Source of the DNA: Ignavibacteria bacterium
Lineage (GTDB): Bacteria > Bacteroidota > Ignavibacteria > Kapaibacteriales > Kapaibacteriaceae
Assembly (NCBI GenBank): GCA_016873895.1
Contig: VGVV01000001.1
Span: forward strand, 80,776-144,775
DNA length: 64,000 nt
Direction: 5' to 3'
The notes below the pieces were generated by a model, which had not been told where the DNA came from, searched no databases, and saw nothing but the letters and a program-made list of their open reading frames with translations. Below, piece by piece: positions 55,493 through 64,000 of the stretch. The first letter of the stretch is position 1. Every line of letters starts with the position of its first letter. Made by a program: the position numbers and the translations under genes.

Positions 55493-58400
55493 ATGAGACT
55501 CGCTCTCGCATTACTCGTTCTTCCAGTTGCACTTGCAGCACAACTTCTCCCAACTCCTTCATCTGACCAACTCGATATCGCATTTCGAGCAATGAGATTT
55601 CGGTGCGTGGGCCCCTACCGGGCGGGACGTTCGATAGCGGTTGCAGGACATCCGGATCTGAAGTCGACGTATTACTTCGGAGCTACTGGAGGGGGCGTAT
55701 GGAAATCGGAAGATGGAGGCGAGAATTGGCGCTCAATTTCCGACACAACGTTCACCTCCAGCAGCGTGGGGGCGATCACCATCGCCCCCTCCGATCCAAA
55801 TGTTGTGTATGTGGGCATGGGCGAAACAGACATCCGCGGCAACATCTCGCCGGGTGATGGAATGTACCGGACCACTGACGGCGGCATGACGTGGAAGCAC
55901 ATCGGCCTGCGCAATGCGCAGATGATCGCCGATATCGTGGTGCATCCGGACAATGCAGACGTTGTGATGGTATCGTCGATGGGCAATGTTTTTACCTCGA
56001 GCGCGAGAACCAGCGGAGTCTTCAAATCCACCGACGGCGGCACCACGTGGAAGCAAGTGCTCAACCGCAACGATTCCACCGGCGGTATGACGCTGAAGAT
56101 GGACCCCAACAACCCGCGCATTATCTATGCATCACTATGGCAGGCCTACCGTAATGCTCACAGCATGAGCAGTGGCGGTGCAGGCTCTGGTCTGTTCAAA
56201 AGTACCGATGGTGGCGAGACATGGAGAGAGATCACGACGAACCCAGGAATGCCAAAGGGTATTCTTGGAAAAATCAATGTAGATGTCTCCCGTGCCCAGC
56301 GCAATCTTGTCTGGGCAATGATCGAAAGTGAACATGGTGGCCTATTCAAGAGTGTCGATGGCGGTAATTCGTGGTCGCGCGTAAGCACATACGCAGAGAT
56401 TCGTCAGCGTCCGTGGTACTTTAACCATGTCTATGCCGACCCACTTGATGCTAACACTGTCTATGTACTAAACGTAGGTTGGCACAAAAGCACAGACGGC
56501 GGACGCACCTTCACTGGACTCGGATCGAACCATGGAGACCATCATGATCTGTGGATCGATCCAACAGACCCCAAACGCATGATCATCGGTGATGATGGTG
56601 GTGCTGTAGTAACAGAAGATGGATGGAAGCATTGGACGGAGGACGACGTAGCTACGGCGCAATTCTATCACGTAAGCGTCGACAACCATTTCCCCTACCG
56701 TCTCTATGGCGCACAGCAGGACAACACAACATGCTCCATTCCGCATCGCGTGATAGGGGGCTGGTCCATCGGTAAAAACGACTGGTATCCGGTTGCAGGC
56801 TTTGAAAGCGGCTATGTGATTCCTCATCCGACAGATCCCGACGTATCGTTTGGCGGTAATTATTCGGGATACATCGGACGCAAATCACTCAAGCTGAATC
56901 AGGAACAAGACATCTCTGTCTACCCAGAGAACCCCATCGGCGAAGGTTCTATCGATCGCAATGAAAGGTTCCAGTGGACCTTCCCTCTTGTGTTTTCTCC
57001 ACACGACAACAAGATACTCTATACAACTTCGCAGCATGTTTGGAAGAGCACCAACGAGGGTATGAGCTGGACGAAAATCAGCGGCGATCTTACTCGTAAC
57101 GATCCTACAAAGCAGCAGTCGTCAGGTGGTCCGATCACGAAGGACAACACAGGCGTAGAAGTCTACAACACCATCTTCACGTTTGCCGAATCGCCTGTTA
57201 CACAGGGTGTACTATGGGCAGGTAGCGACTGCGGCCTGATCCACGTGAGCACAGACAACGGCAGTACCTGGAAGAACGTTACACCGAAAGCTCCGAAGGG
57301 TCAGCCCGAATCTCTGGTAAGCATGATCTCTCCATCGCCTTTCGATGCGGGCACTGCATACGCCGCAGTTAACCGCTACAAGCATGGCGACATAGCGCCC
57401 TACATCTACAAGACAACAGACTTCGGTGCTTCCTGGACTATGATTACCGACGGCATACCGAATGGTGCCTTTGCACGCGTTGTTCGCGAAGATCCATTCC
57501 GTAAGGGTCTGCTGTATGCCGGTACAGAGCAAGGAATCTTCATATCGTTTGATGCTGGAGTAACATGGAGTAGGTTCAGACTCAACTTCCCCGTCACACC
57601 TGTGCACGACCTTGTGATTCATCCAAAAGAGAAGGATCTCGTGATCTGCACACACGGAAGATCGTTCTGGATTCTCGACGACCTCACACCACTTCACCAA
57701 TACTCAGTCCCCTCAAAGAAACTTCTCACCGCGCATACACCACGACACACATATCGCGTGGCAGGGGGCTCGTGGAGCAGCCCAACGATGAACGTTGGCG
57801 AAAATGCACCATCTGGCGTGCAGTTGTTCTACTCTCTTGCAGACACAACGTCCAAGGAATTGCGTATTACGATTCGCACGGAGCAGGGCGATAGTATTGT
57901 AACCTTCTCGAGCACAACTACGCCAAAGGGAGATCCGATCAAGGTCGATCGCAACTTCCACGTTGATTCATTACATCGCGCCTCGCCAGATGCACCAACA
58001 TTGCATCGTGGACTGAACAGATTCACATGGAATATGCGCTGGCCCGACGCCGAAGAGCTCGAAGGCGCCCTCCTATGGGGCGGCGGAACAGAAGGCCCAC
58101 TCGCTGTTCCAGGCAGGTATAGTGCAACATTCACTCTCGGTGACCTGACCGAAACTGTACTCTTTGACATCCGCATGGATCCGCGTTTGAACACCCCACG
58201 TGAAGACCTCGTTGCACAATTCGAACTTCATCAACGTATCAATGCAAAGCTTTCGGAAGTTCACAAGGGTATCAAGCGCATACGCGAGGTGCGCACGACC
58301 GTTTCGAGCGTTAAGTCAAGCTGGGCAGACCTCGATTCGAACCAAACCAAGAACATTGATTCTTTGGTCAAGCATATCAGCGATACATTGTCGACAGTAG

Positions 58401-58681
58401 AAGATGCGCTGATTCAAACGAAGGCAAAAGCGTTTCAGGATTTGCTCAACTACCCTGTAAAGCTGAACAACAAGATCGCATCTTTGGCGAGTGTAGCTGC
58501 GAGTGCCGACAGGCATCCGACACAGCAGACGTTTGATCTCTTCGAGCAGCTTTCTCGGGAGGCAGACATCTATCTGCGTAAGCTTTACGATGTAGACGAA
58601 AGACTCATCATCGAGCTTAACACAAAGATCAAGCAATTAGACCTTCCTGTGATTTCGAAGAAGAAGGCATCGAAAAAGTGA
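55493..58681 (+). CDS. Sortilin/VPS10-like BNR (Asp-box) repeat protein, secreted
   Basis: At least six Asp-boxes (KSEDGGENW, RTTDGGMTW, KSTDGGTTW, KSTDGGETW, KSVDGGNSW, KSTDGGRTF, VSTDNGSTW). 1062 aa with a helical C-terminal region. Confidence 0.6.
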   Translation: MRLALALLVLPVALAAQLLPTPSSDQLDIAFRAMRFRCVGPYRAGRSIAVAGHPDLKSTYYFGATGGGVWKSEDGGENWRSISDTTFTSSSVGAITIAPSDPNVVYVGMGETDIRGNISPGDGMYRTTDGGMTWKHIGLRNAQMIADIVVHPDNADVVMVSSMGNVFTSSARTSGVFKSTDGGTTWKQVLNRNDSTGGMTLKMDPNNPRIIYASLWQAYRNAHSMSSGGAGSGLFKSTDGGETWREITTNPGMPKGILGKINVDVSRAQRNLVWAMIESEHGGLFKSVDGGNSWSRVSTYAEIRQRPWYFNHVYADPLDANTVYVLNVGWHKSTDGGRTFTGLGSNHGDHHDLWIDPTDPKRMIIGDDGGAVVTEDGWKHWTEDDVATAQFYHVSVDNHFPYRLYGAQQDNTTCSIPHRVIGGWSIGKNDWYPVAGFESGYVIPHPTDPDVSFGGNYSGYIGRKSLKLNQEQDISVYPENPIGEGSIDRNERFQWTFPLVFSPHDNKILYTTSQHVWKSTNEGMSWTKISGDLTRNDPTKQQSSGGPITKDNTGVEVYNTIFTFAESPVTQGVLWAGSDCGLIHVSTDNGSTWKNVTPKAPKGQPESLVSMISPSPFDAGTAYAAVNRYKHGDIAPYIYKTTDFGASWTMITDGIPNGAFARVVREDPFRKGLLYAGTEQGIFISFDAGVTWSRFRLNFPVTPVHDLVIHPKEKDLVICTHGRSFWILDDLTPLHQYSVPSKKLLTAHTPRHTYRVAGGSWSSPTMNVGENAPSGVQLFYSLADTTSKELRITIRTEQGDSIVTFSSTTTPKGDPIKVDRNFHVDSLHRASPDAPTLHRGLNRFTWNMRWPDAEELEGALLWGGGTEGPLAVPGRYSATFTLGDLTETVLFDIRMDPRLNTPREDLVAQFELHQRINAKLSEVHKGIKRIREVRTTVSSVKSSWADLDSNQTKNIDSLVKHISDTLSTVEDALIQTKAKAFQDLLNYPVKLNNKIASLASVAASADRHPTQQTFDLFEQLSREADIYLRKLYDVDERLIIELNTKIKQLDLPVISKKKASKK

Positions 58682-59280
58682 TTCGGCTTCCGCGCTATCT
58701 CGTCCTTGTCTGGCTAGCTGCAATTGCTGTTTCGATCTTGTGGCTTGATCAGCCCCTTGCACTCTGGATCGAGAGTACGCAGACTCATTACAGTCGCATG
58801 CTCGGGCATTGGCTAGAAGAAGCAGGCAAAGCACATTGGATTTTGGGATACTGTGTTATCATCACTGTGATAGCATGGCGCTCTCGACGGGATGAGGCAT
58901 ACGATCACCTTCGATTGTTCGGTGCAGTTGCTGCCTCAGGAATCATTGCTAACATCATGAAGGTGCTCGCATGCCGTCCACGTCCGCCACTCTTGATCGA
59001 GAAGTCGATTACGGAGTGGAATCTTCTTGGGTTACAGATGGAGTACATATGGAATTCCTTCCCTAGCGGACATGCTACCACGGGGCTAGCAATCGCCGTC
59101 GCTGGCTCTGCAGTCTATCCGCGTCTCAAGCATGCGTTCTGGATCATCGGCCTAGCAATTGCCGTAGGACGAATCATGCTGAATGCGCACTATCTCAGTG
59201 ATGTGCTAGCGGGAAGTCTTATAGGGGTGGTTGTATCAATCTGGTTTGCAAGTCGTCTACGCAGTAAGCCTTTGGCGTAG
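58678..59280 (+). CDS. PAP2 family phosphatase (membrane)
   Basis: KVLACRPRP, SFPSGHAT and NAHYLSDVLAG (PAP2 motifs C1-C3). The GTG start overlaps the upstream stop (GTGA). Confidence 0.8.
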   Translation: MIRLPRYLVLVWLAAIAVSILWLDQPLALWIESTQTHYSRMLGHWLEEAGKAHWILGYCVIITVIAWRSRRDEAYDHLRLFGAVAASGIIANIMKVLACRPRPPLLIEKSITEWNLLGLQMEYIWNSFPSGHATTGLAIAVAGSAVYPRLKHAFWIIGLAIAVGRIMLNAHYLSDVLAGSLIGVVVSIWFASRLRSKPLA

Positions 59281-60087
59281 CTCATCGAGTCCGGGATTTC
59301 CTATACTTCCCAGGGCCGCATTGTTGTCTGCTACGCCATCACGGCTGCTGCGCACAGGTTTGCCATCGGCCACTTGTTGAGCTACGATCGTATATGCCTC
59401 GCGAAACGGCATGCCCTGACGCACGAAATCGTTAACGCGGTCAACGCTGAATATGGCATCGTACATTTCGTTATCAAGTACATCTGTGCGCGGCGTGATT
59501 GACGGTACAACATGCTGTGCTACACGCAGACACAATCCGATCTCGTCTATTGCATGTACGATTCGGTCCTTTGTGAACTGCATGTCTCGATGGTAGCCAG
59601 AAGGCAGGTTTGCACAGACGAGTGTGATCTCGTGTGCAACACCCTGAAGTCTGTTACAGCGTGCGCGCAGAACCTCGAAAACATCTGGGTTCTTCTTGTG
59701 TGGCATAGTGCTCGAGCCGGTGGTTAACGCATCAGGCAGCGACACAAATGCAAAGTTCTGACTGACGTAATGCACCACATCTGATGCAAATCGCGCAAGC
59801 GTCGAAGCCACCTGTCTGATGGCAAAAGCTGCGAGTTTCTCGGTGCGCCCGCGCGACATCTGTGAAAACGTACTAGTTACATGCACGCGATCGAAGTTCA
59901 AGGCCTTGGTTGTCCGAATTCTATCTAGCGACAAGCCAGTACCATACCCAGCAGCACTGCCGAGTAGATTTGCATCGGCAGCATCAATTGCCATATCGAG
60001 TACACGCATGTCTTCGATGAGGGCTTCTGCATAGCTCAAGAATATCGAAATTCGGGCACGACTGACAGCCCTACCAGAAAGACTCAT
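59257..60087 (-). pseudogene. argH: argininosuccinate lyase, 5'-truncated remnant (about the C-terminal 60 percent)
   Basis: Contains LGSAAGYGTG, TTGSSTMPHKKNPDVFE (the GSSxMPxKxN signature) and NLPSGYHRDMQ. It begins at the position of the second conserved block (...RARISIFLSYAEALIED). The TGRSRNDQ-type and T-H-x-Q blocks are absent. An in-frame TAG lies 5 codons upstream of the first ATG. Confidence 0.65.
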
Positions 60088-60532
60088 CTGTAGTGAGTTC
60101 TAAAAAATGAACCGGACGATAGCCTAGTTCGAAGTTGATCTTCATCACGGCCGCACTTGTCGTGATACCAAACATCTTTGCCTCGGGGAATCGCTCAAGC
60201 GAAAGTTCAAATGCTGCGCGTTTGATGCGACGAGCAAGGTTGTTCTTGCGAAACTCAGGGCGTACGATCAGACCCGAGTTGGCAACGTAGCGGTCATGCT
60301 CCCATGTTTCTACGTAACAGAAGCCAGCAAATACACCCTGAGCCGTGAGTGCAATGATCGCCTTACCCTCCATCATCTTTTGGGTAATGTACTCACGGGT
60401 TCGGCGTGCGGTACCCGTGCCGCGCTGCTGGACTGCCACAAAGATTGTTTCGACGATCTCTTCGGCGTAAGAAACATGTGATTGGTCGGCGCGCACAATA
60501 TGAACGTTGACCTCTTCCAAGAGGTTATCCAT
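60071..60532 (-). CDS. GNAT family N-acetyltransferase (type found at the head of Bacteroidota arginine-biosynthesis operons)
   Basis: ...AGFCYVETWEHDRYVANSGLIVRPEFRKNNLARRIKRAAF...GITTSAAVMKINFELGY. Start taken as MDNLLEEV (ATG 60532). It ends abruptly at ...TDESFW and overlaps the argH remnant by 17 nt. Confidence 0.6.
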   Translation of the reverse strand: MDNLLEEVNVHIVRADQSHVSYAEEIVETIFVAVQQRGTGTARRTREYITQKMMEGKAIIALTAQGVFAGFCYVETWEHDRYVANSGLIVRPEFRKNNLARRIKRAAFELSLERFPEAKMFGITTSAAVMKINFELGYRPVHFLELTTDESFW

Positions 60533-60783
60533 AGAATTAGAAATTGGGTTTGCTTGATCCGTGCTGCGAGTCTGATGCTCGAGCAGCACGTTGTGGGCGA
60601 GGCCCTGAAGGCTTCGCTGCGGGATGGGTCTGGACGGGCGCGTTAGGAGCCACGATCTTCCAGCCGGGTTTCCCGCAGCGGCAGTCGTCGTCGGTCCTCG
60701 TTATGGTAACGCGTGAGTATCATCAATAGGGTCGCAGACATCGTAAGAACGCTACAACCGCACAAGTAGTTGCGTGTTATCGT

Positions 60784-61269
60784 TTAGACATTGTCGTTTT
60801 TTGCTCGTGAGTCGGTTGCCAGGCGTTCTTTAAAAGCCAATAGTTTTGGCAGTAGATCTGGCATTCCTGTAGAGAGCATCTCGACTGCAAGCAGTCCTGC
60901 GTTGCGCCCGCCCCCTATCGCTACAGTGGCAACAGGAACACCACTTGGCATCTGGACGATACTCAGCAGAGAATCGAGTCCACGAAGCTGTTTGGTGGCA
61001 ATCGGCACACCGATAACAGGAAGCGGCGAGTATGACGCCGTCATCCCCGGCAAATGAGCAGCACCGCCTGCGCCAGCAATGATAACCTTGATACCGCGCG
61101 TATGTGCCGTAGATCCGTATTCGGCCATATCCTGTGGCGTGCGGTGTGCGCTTACGATGCGCATTTCGAATGCGATGCCAAACTCTTTGCAGACCATGGC
61201 AGCTTCTTTCATCGTAGGCAGATCTGAATCGCTGCCCATGATGATACCGACAAGGGGTTGTGTACTCAT
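60784..61269 (-). CDS. purE: 5-(carboxyamino)imidazole ribonucleotide mutase
   Basis: [14 protein letters not shown] and [10 protein letters not shown] blocks. Start re-called to MSTQPLVG (ATG 61269), overlapping the engB stop as ATGA. Confidence 0.9.
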   Translation of the reverse strand: MSTQPLVGIIMGSDSDLPTMKEAAMVCKEFGIAFEMRIVSAHRTPQDMAEYGSTAHTRGIKVIIAGAGGAAHLPGMTASYSPLPVIGVPIATKQLRGLDSLLSIVQMPSGVPVATVAIGGGRNAGLLAVEMLSTGMPDLLPKLLAFKERLATDSRAKNDNV

Positions 61270-61883
61270 GGAGACACCTTTGTGGATAGACTGACGATAC
61301 GCTTCATCAGGCCAAGCAGTTGGTGTCTGCCGAGGCCTGTTTCGCTCGAAGTTGAAATGACGTCTACCAGGGACGTGCATTGGGATAGGATCTCACGCAC
61401 TTGGTCGATGCGTGCCTGAAGTGCCGCGGGCTTCAGCTTGTCGCACTTTGTAAGTATCACCGCATACTGACGTTTGGCAAACTCAAGCTCCTCGATCATT
61501 GCCAGGTCAAGGGGCTGAGGATCATGCCGCGCATCAACAAGCACGCATGTTACTGCCAGCTGATCGCGCTCGAGCACATACTGCTTGATCAGGGTCGAAA
61601 ACTGCTCGCGCTGCGTCTTACTAACGCGTGCATACCCGTATCCCGGAAGGTCCACGAGCATAAACCCGAGGTCCGTCACAAAAAAATTGATCTCTTGCGT
61701 TTTGCCGGGCGTATTCGAAACACGCGCCACACGTGATGAACGTACGAGAGCATTGATAAGAGACGACTTGCCCACATTTGATCTGCCGATGAGAGCTATC
61801 TCGGGCATGTCGGACGCAGGGAAATGCTCAGGTGCTGTGGCACCCTTGACAAACTCCGCTCGAAGATGAATCTCTTGCGCCAT
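61266..61883 (-). CDS. engB: ribosome biogenesis GTPase YsxC/EngB
   Basis: [20 protein letters not shown] (G1), [13 protein letters not shown] (G3) and TKCDK (G4). Start MAQEIHL at ATG 61883; the track extension runs through the rplQ terminator. Confidence 0.85.
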   Translation of the reverse strand: MAQEIHLRAEFVKGATAPEHFPASDMPEIALIGRSNVGKSSLINALVRSSRVARVSNTPGKTQEINFFVTDLGFMLVDLPGYGYARVSKTQREQFSTLIKQYVLERDQLAVTCVLVDARHDPQPLDLAMIEELEFAKRQYAVILTKCDKLKPAALQARIDQVREILSQCTSLVDVISTSSETGLGRHQLLGLMKRIVSLSTKVSP

Positions 61884-61888
61884 CTCGT

Positions 61889-61926
61889 AAAAAAATGAAA
61901 ACGCCGAATGCTTTCGCACTCGGCGT
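61889..61926 (-). terminator. Rho-independent terminator of rpoA-rplQ
   Basis: Minus-strand RNA: ACGCCGA-G-UGC GAAA GCA-U-UCGGCGU followed by UUUCAUUUUUUU, starting 22 nt after the rplQ stop. Confidence 0.75.
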
Positions 61927-61948
61927 CTTATGTACAAATGTTGTGCCT

Positions 61949-62605
61949 TTACTCTGCTGCGCTTCCGTCCGCTCCAGCATCTGCTGCCGGAGCATCTGTT
62001 GTATCAGCTGGAGCATCTGCTGCAGGTGCTGGTGCTTCCTCAACTGCTGGTGTTTCAACCATTGGCTCTTCATCAATTGCTGCAGGCTCTTCAATTACAG
62101 GCTCTGCTGCAACAACTGGTGCGGCCTTCAGCTTAACAACAGGCTTTGGCTTCGCTGGTGTCTTTGCTGCTGCACGACGACGTGTCGATGATGATCGTCC
62201 GTCTACCGGATTAGACCAGTCAACAAGTTCGATCATAGCAGTTTCTGCAGCGTCACCACGACGTAAGCCAAGCTTTGTGATGCGAGTATAACCACCGTTA
62301 CGTTCTGCTACCAATGGTGCGATCGTATCAAAAAGCTCTTGAAGCACACCCTTGTTCTTGATGAAACGTCCAACCATACGACGGTTGTGTACATCAACAC
62401 CAGTGATAGCGCCAGACTTTTCTGAACGATGTGCATTACGTGCACGTGTGATAAGCTGCTCAGCAAATGGACGGAGTTCCTTTGCCTTTGCAACAGTTGT
62501 TACAAGACGCTTGTGCTCGAACAACGATGTTGCCAAGTTCGCAAGCAACGCGCGCTTGTGGCTCGCTGTGCGCTTAAGTTTCCGACCTGCATACCCGTGT
62601 CGCAT
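61949..62605 (-). CDS. rplQ: 50S ribosomal protein L17 with ~90-aa Ala/Pro/Glu-rich C-terminal extension
   Basis: MRHGYAGRKLKRTASHKRALLANLATSLFEHKRLVTT... is the L17 core. The tail is ...AAKTPAKPKPVVKLKAAPVVAAEPVIEEPAAIDEEP... Confidence 0.9.
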   Translation of the reverse strand: MRHGYAGRKLKRTASHKRALLANLATSLFEHKRLVTTVAKAKELRPFAEQLITRARNAHRSEKSGAITGVDVHNRRMVGRFIKNKGVLQELFDTIAPLVAERNGGYTRITKLGLRRGDAAETAMIELVDWSNPVDGRSSSTRRRAAAKTPAKPKPVVKLKAAPVVAAEPVIEEPAAIDEEPMVETPAVEEAPAPAADAPADTTDAPAADAGADGSAAE

Positions 62606-62626
62606 GATTACTTCTCCTTGCCTTCC

Positions 62627-63646
62627 TTAGTCTTGTTTCTTTTCGTCGGCGCTGAGGTAGTCGTCGAGGTTCATCCCGAACGTCAAACCATTTGCGGCAA
62701 CAACTTCTGCCAACTCCGACAGAGACTTACGACCGAAGTTGCGGAACTTCAGAAGATCTGACTCTTGGAGGCTTACAAGGTCTGCAAGTGTCTTGATACT
62801 TGCTGCCTTGAGGCAGTTGTGAGCACGAACGCTCAATTCTAGTTCATCAACTGGTTGAAGCAGGATACGGCGAATGCGTGAGCGCTCGCGATCTGCTTCG
62901 CTGTCTCCTACGCTTGTTTCATGAGCCTCTGAAGCACCAGCTGCAGATGGGTTCACGCCAAGAAATAGGGCAACGTGCGCGCGCAGGATGCTAGCAGAGT
63001 GCTCAACTGCTTCCTTTGCTGTTATCGATCCATCTGTACTTACATCAAGCACGAGGCGTTCGTAGTCTGTCTTCTGTCCAACACGGAATGGTTCTACGTT
63101 GTAGATCACATTCTTGATTGGCGTATAGATTGCATCTATTGGGAGCATTCCGAGTGGGAAGTCTGTAGAATTCTGTTCTTCTGAAGGAACATATCCCTTA
63201 CCACGACCAATACGCAGTTCTACATCGAAGTCCACATCGTCTGAGAGTGTAGCAATCTTCTTGGATGGATCCAGAACTTCAATAGATCCAGCTGTTGCGT
63301 CTTGGATCATCTCAGCTGTCCAGGTTTTTTGTCCCTTGACGCGGAACGAAATACGCTGCGAAGCTTTAGGATCTACGATACGAAAACGGACTTCTTTGAG
63401 ATTAAGAATGATCTCGCACATGTCTTCTACGACGCCTGGGATCGTCTGGAATTCATGCTGTACGTCGGATATCTTAACACCAACGATTGCTGAACCCTGG
63501 ATCGATGAAAGGAGTACGCGGCGAAACGCGTTACCTATGGTTGTTCCGTAACCTTCTTCGAGTGGGTTAAGGATAAACTTAGCATGGTAGGGACTGCCGA
63601 GTTCTTCGACGACGACGCCTTCTGGCATCTGCATCTGCATATTCAT
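62627..63646 (-). CDS. rpoA: DNA-directed RNA polymerase subunit alpha
   Basis: Full-length alpha colinearity: an N-terminal domain (...GNAFRRVLLSSIQG...) and a C-terminal HhH domain (ELELSVRAHNCLKAASIKTLADLV). Several Met codons at the start make the exact start uncertain. Confidence 0.95.
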   Translation of the reverse strand: MNMQMQMPEGVVVEELGSPYHAKFILNPLEEGYGTTIGNAFRRVLLSSIQGSAIVGVKISDVQHEFQTIPGVVEDMCEIILNLKEVRFRIVDPKASQRISFRVKGQKTWTAEMIQDATAGSIEVLDPSKKIATLSDDVDFDVELRIGRGKGYVPSEEQNSTDFPLGMLPIDAIYTPIKNVIYNVEPFRVGQKTDYERLVLDVSTDGSITAKEAVEHSASILRAHVALFLGVNPSAAGASEAHETSVGDSEADRERSRIRRILLQPVDELELSVRAHNCLKAASIKTLADLVSLQESDLLKFRNFGRKSLSELAEVVAANGLTFGMNLDDYLSADEKKQD

Positions 63647-63699
63647 GGCCTTCCTTTGGTCAAATTCACACGGAAAAAAATCAACATCATATTAGAGGA

Positions 63700-64000
63700 T
63701 TAGACGCGGCGCTTCTTCGGAGGACGGCATCCGTTGTGCGGCAACGGTGTTTCGTCCAGGATAGAAAGAACCTCGAAGCCAGCCTGGGTGAGAGCGCGGA
63801 TAGCGGCTTCACGTCCCGATCCTGGCCCCTTCACCACAACATCAACCTTGCGAAGCCCCATTTCGAAAGCTTCACGAGCGGCCTTGTCTGCGGAGACCTG
63901 CGAGGCATACGGCGTGTTCTTCTTTGAACCACGGAAACCGTTCTTACCTGCAGATGACCACGACAGTGTGTTGCCGTATGTATCTGTCACGGTGACAATT
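63700..64000 (-). CDS. rpsK: 30S ribosomal protein S11, partial (N-terminus beyond the right window edge)
   Basis: ...[34 protein letters not shown]...[10 protein letters not shown] is S11. The frame stays open to position 64000. The track's M at 63990 is an internal GTG (Val). Confidence 0.9.
   Translation of the reverse strand, partial: IVTVTDTYGNTLSWSSAGKNGFRGSKKNTPYASQVSADKAAREAFEMGLRKVDVVVKGPGSGREAAIRALTQAGFEVLSILDETPLPHNGCRPPKKRRV

Noticed and set aside
60544-60729. 61-aa plus-strand ORF in the GC-rich purE/GNAT intergenic region.
   Set aside because: It is Gly/Ala/Arg-rich, has no start context, and is on the opposite strand to all neighbours. GC-rich sequence being open by chance explains it better.
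61895-62291. Three overlapping plus-strand ORFs (68-127 aa) opposite the 3' part of rplQ.
   Set aside because: They are artefacts of the Ala/Pro/Glu-rich tail composition. rplQ on the minus strand has the conserved L17 core and a downstream terminator.

Overview
This is a 64-kb chromosomal segment with mid-range GC (my estimate). It is very densely packed, and I call about 58 protein-coding genes. I found no rRNA, tRNA, CRISPR array, transposase, integrase or obvious defence island.

The lineage looks like the FCB superphylum (Bacteroidota/Ignavibacteriota/Chlorobiota-like). The evidence is three proteins with T9SS C-terminal sorting domains, recurring Bacteroidota-type -7 promoter octamers (TATCTTTG), a Bacteroidota-type ArgH/GNAT pair, and rpoZ-coaBC synteny.

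Housekeeping anchors:
- groES-groEL, with a perfect CIRCE operator and a clean intrinsic terminator
- rpsK-rpoA-rplQ
- lysC, plsY, maf, cdsA, panB, coaBC, purE, engB
- a tRNA-modification operon (tatD-tcdA-DAO-mnmM)

Two genes are cut by the window edges and are missing from the supplied ORF track: a DUF1800 gene at 1..1314 (-) and rpsK at 63700..64000 (-). Many track ORFs carry spurious N-terminal extensions. I re-called those starts from 4-nt start/stop overlaps (ATGA/GTGA), signal peptides and terminators.

Most interesting observations:
1. A tightly linked plus-strand module (38424..41882) holds a Cyc2-like fused monoheme-cytochrome/porin candidate. It is flanked by a PSCyt1-like CX4CH lipoprotein, a tandem-domain lipoprotein, a small membrane protein and a Tat-exported Rieske lipoprotein. 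This is a candidate uncharacterised outer-membrane electron-transfer system.
2. A translationally coupled ArsS-type radical-SAM cassette (22478..25509) contains a Tag glycosylase and a CrtZ-type hydroxylase, with no arsM in view. It is preceded by an intergenic spacer built entirely of (TTGACA)x5.
3. A 26-unit heptanucleotide (21-nt phased) tandem array plus an inverted copy sits in-frame in the CoaC-CoaB linker of coaBC.
4. There are two gene-decay scars. One is a P-type ATPase with an out-of-frame segment and a missing nucleotide-binding core. The other is a 5'-truncated argH abutting a GNAT gene, which looks like a collapsed arginine operon. An Arg-rich mini-ORF and GC-rich stems lie upstream of that GNAT gene.

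All functional calls come from motif recognition by eye. No database search was run.
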